From: Candidatus Obscuribacteraceae bacterium
GTDB lineage: Bacteria; Cyanobacteriota; Vampirovibrionia; Obscuribacterales; Obscuribacteraceae
Direction: 5' to 3'
DNA: 64,000 bases
Assembly (NCBI GenBank): GCA_044229845.1
Contig: JBGASG010000001.1
Coordinates: forward strand, 160,001 to 224,000
The translations under genes were made by a program, and so were the position numbers. This document shows positions 7,958 to 16,838 of the stretch, in pieces (positions within the stretch are counted from its first letter, which is position 1; every line of letters starts with the position of its first letter). Under the pieces are notes generated by a model. The model ran no database searches, had not been told where the DNA came from, and worked only from the letters and a program-made list of their open reading frames with translations.

Positions 7958-9091
7958 TCAGAAGGGCAGGTCTTCAGCCGGACCTTTTCCGAAAAGTCGC
8001 TGACGCAAAAGATCGAGATTGAAGAGGCCGGTGGCAAGCAACTGCTCCGCCGTCGGCAGATCGTTTTCGGTGGCTGCCTTAATAGAATCCGTGTACAGAA
8101 AAGAAATGCTCTCCAGCAGCGCTTTCAGCTCGTAGCGTTTGCGCAGCAAATCGCCGCGTCCGTCAAAATCGGAGACGTTGATCAGATCGTTGAGTTCGGA
8201 AAGCACCAGCTCCACATGTCCTGCCTGCTCCAGCAGCGTTGGAACTGAGTATTCATCAAGGAGCTGGTCGCCTTCTTCGCCGTAATGCTCGCCGATGGAA
8301 TTTCGCACATCGTCGACTTTTAGCAGCAATTTTGTGATTGTCGCCTGGGCGTGATCTATATCGCCGGATGCCAGCGATTCGAGAGCCTTGTCGTACTTGT
8401 GCATGATCTTGTTGAACTGGGCGGTGGCTTCCGGCTCGTGTATGGAGTTGAGCAGCACGCGGGTTTGCACCAAACAGTTGGTCAGCTCCAGCGTGCGGCG
8501 TAGCGGGCTGGCCAGCATCGGGTTGCTGAGCCCGGTCCAGCCGGGCAGGGCGCGCGAGTTTTCGGCGCGAATCAATTCGCTGGCTAAGGAAACTTTGAGC
8601 AAGCCTGCCTGTGCCGCTCTGATCGCTTCTTCGTCATAGTCGCCTTCCAGTGCTGAAAGTGCGCGCTGATAGTAATCCATAGCGCCATCAAGGATGGTGC
8701 GCGCGAAATCGCTGACCCAGCAATTGCTGTATTCGATCATCGCCTTGATGCGCGCCAGAGTGGACGACAGATAGCCAATCTTGTCTTCGGCTTCATTGGC
8801 ATTGGGGACGGTCGGCAGTGGCGGCAACTTGGTGAGTTGAGCGCTTTTCACCACGGTGTAGGCGATATCCAGATGCACCCAGCCCACCTTGAGCACATGC
8901 AGGGTTTGCGATGGGTTGTACTTCATGGCGGCGATTGCTTCATCGTGCAATTCGTAGGCCACGTTCATGTGTTCGCGCGCGATGTCACTGAAGGCTTTGC
9001 GGCGGTCGCCGAGGGCGGCGCGCACCTCTTCGAGCTTGGTGTTGAACTGCTCCAGCTCCATGCGCGCTTTCACTTTGTCGACAATTTTCAT
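7958..9091 (-). CDS. Hypothetical all-helical repeat protein (377 aa)
   Basis: Long ORF with a 4-nt overlap with the upstream gene and internal helical repeats. Confidence 0.75.
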   Translation of the reverse strand: MKIVDKVKARMELEQFNTKLEEVRAALGDRRKAFSDIAREHMNVAYELHDEAIAAMKYNPSQTLHVLKVGWVHLDIAYTVVKSAQLTKLPPLPTVPNANEAEDKIGYLSSTLARIKAMIEYSNCWVSDFARTILDGAMDYYQRALSALEGDYDEEAIRAAQAGLLKVSLASELIRAENSRALPGWTGLSNPMLASPLRRTLELTNCLVQTRVLLNSIHEPEATAQFNKIMHKYDKALESLASGDIDHAQATITKLLLKVDDVRNSIGEHYGEEGDQLLDEYSVPTLLEQAGHVELVLSELNDLINVSDFDGRGDLLRKRYELKALLESISFLYTDSIKAATENDLPTAEQLLATGLFNLDLLRQRLFGKGPAEDLPF

Positions 9092-9504
9092 GTCACCGGC
9101 CCGCGCCGCAAGCGGCGCACTTCCGAAAGCACCGACTGCAATTCGAACTTGAGCTTGTTGACGTCGCGCTCGATCTTCTTCATTTCGTCGTTGCTGCCGG
9201 AGAATTCGAAAAACTCGCCCTCGCCGAGTTCCCGCTCGGCGGTCTCAGCCTCCATGAGTTTCTCGATGAAACCAGCTTCCAGCGCGCAGACCGCGATTTG
9301 CTGCCCGGCAAAATCCAGGTCGTCTTCGGTGAGCGCCTCCACCGCCTTCCAATATTTGGAGAAACTGGACTGAATGCGGTTGCCGATCATGCGGCTCCAG
9401 GGACCGGAGGCGGCATAGTTGGTTTTCAAAAGCGTCAGGCGCGACGCAATGCCGGCCAGCTTGCGCTTAAGCAGTTCTCGGTCGCCCCAGTGTTTAACGG
9501 ACAT
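9088..9504 (-). CDS. Hypothetical helical protein (138 aa)
   Basis: Starts just after the dnaE stop with a GAGG SD; shares a motif with the downstream ORF. Confidence 0.7.
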   Translation of the reverse strand: MSVKHWGDRELLKRKLAGIASRLTLLKTNYAASGPWSRMIGNRIQSSFSKYWKAVEALTEDDLDFAGQQIAVCALEAGFIEKLMEAETAERELGEGEFFEFSGSNDEMKKIERDVNKLKFELQSVLSEVRRLRRGPVT

Positions 9505-9513
9505 GCCTCAAAA

Positions 9514-12500
9514 TCAGATCGATACTCTGTTGACGAGAACTTTGGCGCCGGTTGGAAATGTAGTTTTTATGGCATCCGAAAGTTCAACACAAGCATCTAC
9601 CCAAAACTGGCTGCCGACAAGTACCGTCTGGTTAGATTTGCCCTGTGGGAAGTGAAGAAGCACCGGGTCGTCCCCCTTGTAAGAGGCCAGGATGCTCTTC
9701 AAGCGGTGCAGGTCGGTAAAAGACTGCTCCTGCGTGAAAAATACGTTGACCAGATGTGCATCGGAAATGCGGCGCACGGCGTTAGCCATGATCGAGATTT
9801 CGTTGTCGTCGCCTTTCTTTATCTTTCCCTTGACGAGAACCAGCGACCGCGGAATTAGCACATCCGGTGAAAGTTTCTCGAGCGTCTCGGAATAGATGAC
9901 CACTTCTGTTTTGCCGGTCAGATCTTCCAGGTGCAAGATTGCCAGCAGTTTGTTGGTCTTGGTTAGTTTCTTCTCGATACCGGTTGCCAGACCGCCCAGG
10001 ATCACGGTCGATCCGTCTTTGCACTCGGAGACCTCACGCAGTTGATGGGTGGTCAGCCAGCGCAGGCGGTTGCACACCCTCTGCAACGGGTGACTGGTGA
10101 CGTAAAATCCGAGCAATTCGTGCTCCATGGTTTGCAGGTCGTGCTCGGAAAATTCCGTGTCGTCGCCCTTGAGGGCAGTGACGGTCTCCATGGCGGTGCC
10201 GCCGCCGATGCTGAACAGACTGATCTGTCCGGTGGCTTTCTGACTCTGGCGACGGTTGGCAGTGTCCACCAGCGAATCGAGATTGTTGAGTGCTTTTTTG
10301 CGAGAAACATTCAAGCTCAGGCAAGCGCCGCAGCGAATCAATGATTCTATGGCGCGCTTGTTAACGATGCGCAGATCAATGCGTTCGAGGAAGTTGTGAA
10401 TGCTGTCGTATTTGCCCTCGGCTTCGCGCTGCGCAACGATCTCGGCAACGGCCGCTTCGCCGACGTTGCGCACGGCCGACAATCCGAAGCGAATCGTGTT
10501 GCCGTCGGCAGTGAAATCGCTTCCCGAGACGTTGATATCGGGAGGCAGAATGTCGATACTCATCGCCTGGCATTCAGCGATGTATCCCTGCACCTTATCT
10601 TGTTCGCCGCTGACGCTGGAGAGCAGCGCGCACATGTATTCGACCGGGTAATGCGTCTTGAGATAGGCGGTCTGGTAGGTCAGGAATGCATAAGCTTGCG
10701 AGTGCGACTTGTTGAAGCAGTACTCGGCAAACTGCACCATGACGTCGAAAAGATTGTTGGCTTTGTCCGAGGCGATGGCATTTTTGGCGCAGCCGCTGAC
10801 GAAGATCTCGCGCTGCTTTTCCATTTCTTCGGGCTTTTTCTTACCCATGGCGCGGCGCAGTAAGTCGGCTTGTCCGAGGCTATATCCACCCAGTTGCTGA
10901 GCCACTTGCATGATCTGTTCTTGATAGACGATCTGCCCGTAGGTGTCTTTCAAGATCGGCTCAAGGTGCGGCGTCACATAGGTGATCGGCGCCTTGCCGT
11001 TTTTGCAGGCGATGAATTTGTCGATCATACCGGTGTCCAGCGGACCCGGACGATAGAGCGCGATCAGCGCCGATAAGTCTTCCATGCCGGTCGGCTTCAT
11101 GTCGCGCGCCACCTGGCGCATGCCGGCTGAAGTTTCTAACTGGAATATCCCTGCCAGGTCGCCGTTGCTGATGGTCTGGTAGGTCTGTTCGTCGTCGAGC
11201 GGCAACTCGTTGGGGACTATTTCTATGCCGCGAGTTTCTCGCAAAATTTTGACCGCTTTGTCGATCATGGTCAGGTTGCGCAGACCGAGGAAGTCCATCT
11301 TAACCAGCCCGACATAAGCCAGGTCTTCCATGTAGTACTGAGCGATAACCGTGCCGTCGTTGTTGCGCTGCAAGGGCACCAGCTCTTCCAGCGGTACGTC
11401 ACCGATGACCACGCCGGCGGCGTGCATACCGAAAGTTTTGTTGACGCCCTCAAGTTTCTTCGCCAGATCAATTACCTGACGCGCCTCGTCGTTGGTGGCA
11501 TAGACTTTCTTGAACTCGGGATGTTCGTCGACCATCTCTTCCAGGGGTGTCGGCTTGCCGCGCACCACGGGCACCATCTTGGCCAGTTTGTTGGATTCGG
11601 CGAACGGAAATTCCAGCACGCGAGCGATGTCTTTCAACACCGCCTTACTGGTCATGCGGTTGAAAGTAATAATCTGGGCGACGCGATCTTCGCCGTATTT
11701 TTGCGAGACGTATTTGATGACGGCGTCGCGACGTTCGATGCAAAAGTCGGTGTCGATATCGGGCATCGACTTGCGCTCGGGGTTGAGGAAACGCTCGAAC
11801 AGCAAGTTGTACTTAATCGGGTCGATGTCGGTGATGCCGAGCGCGTATGCGATCAACGAGCCGGCGGCGGAACCGCGTCCCGGTCCGACTGGAATGCCGT
11901 TGTCGCGCGCGTAGCGAATGAAGTCCGAGACGATCAGGAAGTACGACGCGAAGTTCATGTCGCAGATGACTTTCAATTCGATACGCGCGCGATCGATGAC
12001 TTCCTGCGCGAGCGGACCGCCCGGGAAGTGGCGCTTCAGACCTTCGAATACGAGATAGTCGAGGAAAGTTTCATCGGTATGGCCGGGAGGCACTTGAAAC
12101 ACCGGCAGTCGCGGGTCGCCGGCCAGCTTGACCATATCGATTTTGTCGGCAATCTCCAGGGTTGAACGCAGCGCTTCTTCGATGTGTTCGTCGTCGTAGT
12201 GGTCGCGGAACAGATGCGACATTTCGTCGCCGTTTTTGATGTACTCCCAACCGGTGAATTTCATGCGGTTGGTATCGGTGACCAGTTTGCCCATTTGCAC
12301 GCAGAGGAGCGCGTCGTGAGCCATGGCATCTTCTTTGTCGGTGAAGTGGCTGTCGTTGGTGGCGCACAGCTTGATGCCCAGTTCGCGGGACAATTTCAGG
12401 AGCGGGCGATTGACCTTGCGGTCTTCCCACATGCCGTGATCTTGCACTTCAATGTAATAGTTGTCGCCGAAGACTTCCTTGTACCAGGCGGCGCTCGCTT

Positions 12501-12966
12501 TGGCTTTGTCGTAGTCATCGCGCAGGAGGTGCTGGCTCAGTTCCGCACCCAGACAGCCTGACAGAATAATCAAACCTTCGCCGTTCTCGGCAAGCATCTG
12601 CTTGTTGATGCGAGGCTTGTAGTAATAGCCGTCGAGGTGGGCGCGGGAGGACAGGCGTACGAGATTGCGGTAGCCGGTCAGGTTTTGCGCCAGCACGGTC
12701 AGGTGATAGAGAGACTGTTTTGTCGATCTATCTTTCGGGTCTCCATCAATAATGTAAGCTTCCATGCCGATGATGGGCTTGACGCCGCCCATTTCATGGC
12801 AAGTTTTCGTCAATTCAACTGCGCCGTACATGACGCCGTGATCGGTGACTGCGACCGCCGGCATGTTCTGTGACTTGGCCTTTTTGACAAGCGCCTTCAT
12901 CACAGTTGCTCCGTCGAGCAAGCTGTACTCTGTATGCAAATGTAGAGGCACGTAGGGACGCGACAT
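9514..12966 (-). CDS. dnaE: DNA polymerase III alpha subunit, contiguous and intein-free
   Basis: PHP domain HLHTEYSLLDG, GPGRGSAAGS, MPDIDTDF catalytic motif, FNKSH, and C-terminal OB fold. Confidence 0.98.
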   Translation of the reverse strand: MSRPYVPLHLHTEYSLLDGATVMKALVKKAKSQNMPAVAVTDHGVMYGAVELTKTCHEMGGVKPIIGMEAYIIDGDPKDRSTKQSLYHLTVLAQNLTGYRNLVRLSSRAHLDGYYYKPRINKQMLAENGEGLIILSGCLGAELSQHLLRDDYDKAKASAAWYKEVFGDNYYIEVQDHGMWEDRKVNRPLLKLSRELGIKLCATNDSHFTDKEDAMAHDALLCVQMGKLVTDTNRMKFTGWEYIKNGDEMSHLFRDHYDDEHIEEALRSTLEIADKIDMVKLAGDPRLPVFQVPPGHTDETFLDYLVFEGLKRHFPGGPLAQEVIDRARIELKVICDMNFASYFLIVSDFIRYARDNGIPVGPGRGSAAGSLIAYALGITDIDPIKYNLLFERFLNPERKSMPDIDTDFCIERRDAVIKYVSQKYGEDRVAQIITFNRMTSKAVLKDIARVLEFPFAESNKLAKMVPVVRGKPTPLEEMVDEHPEFKKVYATNDEARQVIDLAKKLEGVNKTFGMHAAGVVIGDVPLEELVPLQRNNDGTVIAQYYMEDLAYVGLVKMDFLGLRNLTMIDKAVKILRETRGIEIVPNELPLDDEQTYQTISNGDLAGIFQLETSAGMRQVARDMKPTGMEDLSALIALYRPGPLDTGMIDKFIACKNGKAPITYVTPHLEPILKDTYGQIVYQEQIMQVAQQLGGYSLGQADLLRRAMGKKKPEEMEKQREIFVSGCAKNAIASDKANNLFDVMVQFAEYCFNKSHSQAYAFLTYQTAYLKTHYPVEYMCALLSSVSGEQDKVQGYIAECQAMSIDILPPDINVSGSDFTADGNTIRFGLSAVRNVGEAAVAEIVAQREAEGKYDSIHNFLERIDLRIVNKRAIESLIRCGACLSLNVSRKKALNNLDSLVDTANRRQSQKATGQISLFSIGGGTAMETVTALKGDDTEFSEHDLQTMEHELLGFYVTSHPLQRVCNRLRWLTTHQLREVSECKDGSTVILGGLATGIEKKLTKTNKLLAILHLEDLTGKTEVVIYSETLEKLSPDVLIPRSLVLVKGKIKKGDDNEISIMANAVRRISDAHLVNVFFTQEQSFTDLHRLKSILASYKGDDPVLLHFPQGKSNQTVLVGSQFWVDACVELSDAIKTTFPTGAKVLVNRVSI

Positions 12967-13190
12967 GGAGCCTCCAAGACCCCGCTGCCGGCGCGTCAGT
13001 CGCCGAGAGCATGGACAAGAATTTTAGCCTTTTTGACGGGCGGTGACCTAAGTAGTGGATAACCGAGCGGGGCTGCGTACATCTAATCTGAATCGGATCT
13101 GCCTATCATCGGATATCGATCTCGAGCAGGTGCTGATCTTGTATACGTTCCTGACCTCTAAAAAGTTCAATGCAACTGCATATTTATGCG

Positions 13191-13219
13191 TTGACAAGTG
13201 AATGAATGTTCATTATTGT
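13191..13219 (+). promoter_or_regulatory. sigma70 promoter with a palindromic operator in the spacer
   Basis: TTGACA-N17-TATTGT; AATGAA-TG-TTCATT at 13201-13214. Confidence 0.65.
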
Positions 13220-13283
13220 GTCCTCAGGGCTATCAGAGATGTCGGTTAAGCCATTCTCTTGGACTTAACGCGAGGTCTTAACC

Positions 13284-14495
13284 GTGGCCGAAGTTGATAC
13301 AGGCGCAGACAAGGGTACAAAAGCGGATCCAATCATCGATTGGTTCGGCTTCGGTGGTGAACCGGAGTTTCTGCCTCCATTACCAGGAAAGAAAGACGAT
13401 CCCTGCGCTGGTGGTCGTTGTGAAATCAAGCCCGGCAAAGACGGCGGCGAACGGCCGTCTACAGGCGGGCAGACCTTTTACGGTGTCGAGGCTGAATCGG
13501 TCAGCCTGTACCGCAAAGGACAGGGCTCCCGCAAAGCCGGTGGCGAAACCGCTGTCAATCCGCCAGACGGCGGCGGCGGCCGCGATGTGGTAGCGCCACC
13601 GGATGTAGTGGCAAAACCCGGCTTGAAAGACAACCCGACATTCACGGGCGAGCAGGCTGCCGAAGCGCTCAAATACGCCAAAGACAACAAATTGCCGGTC
13701 ATCGTTTATATGGGCGCCGACTGGTGTCCGGGCTGCCAGCAATTGAAGCCGCAAGTCGAAGCCAAAATGGCTCAGATGGGTGGACGGGCCGTACTTATTG
13801 AAGTGAACGCGGACCACGGAATTCCTGCCGAACTGCGTCAGAGCCTCGCCGGCACCCGCAGCATTCCGGCTGCCTGGGTCGGACAGGCGACAGACGGCGG
13901 CTTCCAGGGCACCAAGATGGGCAATGCGTCCCAGGTGCTCTCGCAGATGGAGCAGATCAGGACCAGTACACCGGCGCCGGTGCGCGATCAGGTCACTCCT
14001 CCGGGACCGAACCCCAGACGCGATGTTTTGCCCCCACCGCCGGGACCAGTCAAAGGACCGGTCGAGAAAGATAAGACGCCTACCGGCGGCGACAAACCGC
14101 TCGATCCCAACGCGCCTGAAGTTTTTGAAGGTGGCGATGTAGCGGCTGCACTTAAATACGCCGCTGAACACAATCTGCCTGTGTTCCTGCGCGAAAGCGC
14201 CACCTGGTGTGGACCCTGCAATGCGATGAAACCGATGTGGGAGAAAAACCAGGCTGAACTCAAAGGCAAGGCCGTGTTTATTCACGTCGATGCCGACGCC
14301 TACGGAAACGGGCAATACGGGCAAGATGCGATGAAACTGCTGCAACCGATCATCAACGGCAACACCAGAGTGCCGGCCGTCTGGTCGGGAACGGCTTCAC
14401 TGGATGCCGGCGGAAACCCGGTCGCCAACTTGAAGAAACTGGGCAGTGCCTGGCAAGTCACTCCTATGCTGGATCGCCTGCGCGGCGCCCGCTAG
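13284..14495 (+). CDS. Protein with two thioredoxin-like domains and Pro-rich linkers
   Basis: ADWCPGC and ATWCGPC motifs, each preceded by ALKYA..N.LPV; GAGG SD before the GTG start. Confidence 0.85.
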   Translation: MAEVDTGADKGTKADPIIDWFGFGGEPEFLPPLPGKKDDPCAGGRCEIKPGKDGGERPSTGGQTFYGVEAESVSLYRKGQGSRKAGGETAVNPPDGGGGRDVVAPPDVVAKPGLKDNPTFTGEQAAEALKYAKDNKLPVIVYMGADWCPGCQQLKPQVEAKMAQMGGRAVLIEVNADHGIPAELRQSLAGTRSIPAAWVGQATDGGFQGTKMGNASQVLSQMEQIRTSTPAPVRDQVTPPGPNPRRDVLPPPPGPVKGPVEKDKTPTGGDKPLDPNAPEVFEGGDVAAALKYAAEHNLPVFLRESATWCGPCNAMKPMWEKNQAELKGKAVFIHVDADAYGNGQYGQDAMKLLQPIINGNTRVPAVWSGTASLDAGGNPVANLKKLGSAWQVTPMLDRLRGAR

Positions 14496-14538
14496 AGGAA
14501 GAAACAAGAACTGCGTCTGAGCAACACCAGACAGCATG

Positions 14539-14564
14539 AAGGGGCACCAGATATGGTGCCCCTT
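14539..14564. repeat. REP-like palindrome, copy 2 (between convergent genes; possible terminator)
   Basis: AAGGGGCACCA-GATA-TGGTGCCCCTT. Confidence 0.7.
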
Positions 14565-14601
14565 AAACTTTTTCTGTGGGTCGGTCCGAATGTCTAACTG
14601 A

Positions 14602-14808
14602 TCAGACGAGGACTTTCTGTTTTGTCGATGTAAGGCGTGCGCGACGGACACGTCTGCCAACTACGGAATTGTGGCGGTTGCTGGCGCCGATTCCGTCTCT
14701 TTTCAGCAGTGTCTCGTGAACGCGTCGTTGTTCGAGTTCTACGATCGCCGATCGCATCCAGAACTGGAGGCACCGTTTTTCTTCGTTGGTCAGCGTAATG
14801 TCACTCAT
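14602..14808 (-). CDS. Small basic hypothetical protein (68 aa)
   Basis: GGAGG SD 7 nt before the ATG; no recognisable family. Confidence 0.5.
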   Translation of the reverse strand: MSDITLTNEEKRCLQFWMRSAIVELEQRRVHETLLKRDGIGASNRHNSVVGRRVRRARLTSTKQKVLV

Positions 14809-15158
14809 GAATAATCCTCCGGGGGACTCGACACGCCATCGTTATCGCTATCGCTTTGCCATCGCTCTGAAAATAATTCGGATGAGCGGCAGGGGGATTG
14901 CGCTTCTCGTTCTATTGTTATTGTCTTGGCAGATTGACAATAAATTGCGCCAAATCTATTAATGATTTGACGCCGGAGACAGCCAGGGATGGCACTTTCG
15001 CCATTTGCCTTGATAACCCAGCTATTCTAAGTGCAACCTTTTCAGTTGAATAGCGGGAAAAAAATTAGTGTTGCCTCACCGGCTGCAAAGAGAGTCTTGA
15101 AAGCGGCTCTGTGTCTAGCTTTCAAGAAATGTACATGCAACTTGACGTCTTCTAATAT

Positions 15159-16598
15159 CTAGCTCATACCGCGATTGCCGCGTTGAGCGCGCTGTGCCAC
15201 CATTTGTGGTGAACTCCAGACAGCCACGAAGCCGGCGCCGCCGCGATTCATTTCGCGCAGCAGTTGATTGCCGCCGATCGGTTGATTATGCGCGCCGCCG
15301 GGACCCATGTTGCGTCGCGCCGGATCGGCGATCAGATAGCGACCGTCCTGGGTTCTGCCGCTGCAATACACCCAGTGATTGTTGCCTGTCGTCGGATTGA
15401 CTATGCGCACGAGAGCGCCGTGTCCTTTGTCCAGTTCGGCGTTCAGGTCTTGCAGAGTATGCATGCCGACTCCGCGGCGATCGTAATCATATGGACGAGC
15501 ATTCAGTCCGAGGCGATTGGCCAGACCGGCCATATCCGGCAAGCCGCCCGGGAATTGTCCGGCGCGCGCGATTGTCGTGCCTGCGACCGGCATGTTTTCA
15601 ATCTGGTAGGCATCTTGTGCGCTGGGCCGGCGACCGTTCATGTCGGCGAACGCCATAGCCAGGGAGAATGCACCGCACCCATATGAGTTGGTCTGGTGCA
15701 TGTAGATGCTGTCGCGGTCGGTGATGTTGCGCACGACGCGACCGACTATATCGAGCAGCGGCCCGATAACCGGTAACTTAATAGGAATATTGTCCCGTCC
15801 AGGGGCCGGCATGCCTCCACGTCCGCCGTTGTCGTCTGCTCCCGTGTAGGAGGCGCGACGGACCGGTGGAATATAGACCGGCGGTGGGTCTCCACCGACA
15901 ACACGCTGAGGCGGCACCGTATCTTGGCGAACATCGGTGCGCACATCGCTGCGCACGACCGGTGGTTTGGGATCGGTACGTCGGACCCGACCATCTTCCG
16001 GTGCTCCGGAATATCCATAAGGATCGGTGGCGCCGTCTGTCTGGCGGTCTTTGCCGAGCAGCGCGACCAGTTTGTCGTAGACTTTCGGGTCGATGGTTTT
16101 GAGCCTGGCCATGACGGCGTCGAAGTTGTCGTCACGCAAAAGCTGCGTGCGCACGCGCATGTCGGACCCGTCTTCGGCACGCCCTTTCAGTTCCGGGCGG
16201 TTCTTCACGTCTTCAGCGTACTGCTGTTTAAGGGCGTGCGTAAAAGCCATCTTCTCGGGATGGCTGAATCCATGGTCCATGATGCGGGCTGCCGACTGGT
16301 AGAAGCCTTCCAGTTTTTGGACCTTGGTTTTGGCGTAGATATCTGCCGAGGGTTTGCCGGGAGCAGGCGCCGGTCCATCCTGGACTACGGCCACCGGCGG
16401 CAAGTCGCTGCCGTTACCGGTGGTTCGAAATACGACATTGTTCTGCCTTACCTCGGCGTCGGGAACCGTGCCCAGCTTGAGAGCCGCCGTGCCGCGCAGA
16501 TAGTCATCGATCGACCGGTCTGCTGGCGGCAAAATCGTGCTGCCGTCGGCAACTTGAGCTGGTTCTGGGGTGACGATTCTGTCGGAGGCTTTGGACAT
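15159..16598 (-). CDS. Protein with a C-terminal C39-like (papain-fold) cysteine peptidase domain
   Basis: Q-T-N-S-Y-G-C-G, HWV and IADP give the Gln/Cys/His/Asp set; the N-terminal region is low-complexity. Confidence 0.75.
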   Translation of the reverse strand: MSKASDRIVTPEPAQVADGSTILPPADRSIDDYLRGTAALKLGTVPDAEVRQNNVVFRTTGNGSDLPPVAVVQDGPAPAPGKPSADIYAKTKVQKLEGFYQSAARIMDHGFSHPEKMAFTHALKQQYAEDVKNRPELKGRAEDGSDMRVRTQLLRDDNFDAVMARLKTIDPKVYDKLVALLGKDRQTDGATDPYGYSGAPEDGRVRRTDPKPPVVRSDVRTDVRQDTVPPQRVVGGDPPPVYIPPVRRASYTGADDNGGRGGMPAPGRDNIPIKLPVIGPLLDIVGRVVRNITDRDSIYMHQTNSYGCGAFSLAMAFADMNGRRPSAQDAYQIENMPVAGTTIARAGQFPGGLPDMAGLANRLGLNARPYDYDRRGVGMHTLQDLNAELDKGHGALVRIVNPTTGNNHWVYCSGRTQDGRYLIADPARRNMGPGGAHNQPIGGNQLLREMNRGGAGFVAVWSSPQMVAQRAQRGNRGMS

Positions 16599-16838
16599 TA
16601 TGATTCCGCGCGAAAGAGGGACGCTTCTTGCTTATTCGACCGATGTCCTCGCGGGTTAGGCATCGTATGGATAGAGCGTGCTAAACGCGCCTGCATAGGG
16701 TGTAGTTCGGCCTGGCGGAGCTTAGCTGGGATTAATCCCGAGGGAAGAGCTTAATTGTATGTCTGAAGGCAAGAGCAAGCAATCCATTTCTAATCTTGAC
16801 ATCGTAATAACCGCAAGCCAGTGCCTACTTTTGGCTAC

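Noticed and set aside
9514..12966. Intein or split gene in dnaE
   Set aside because: The ORF is contiguous and of normal length, with no insertion at AEY/CFN.
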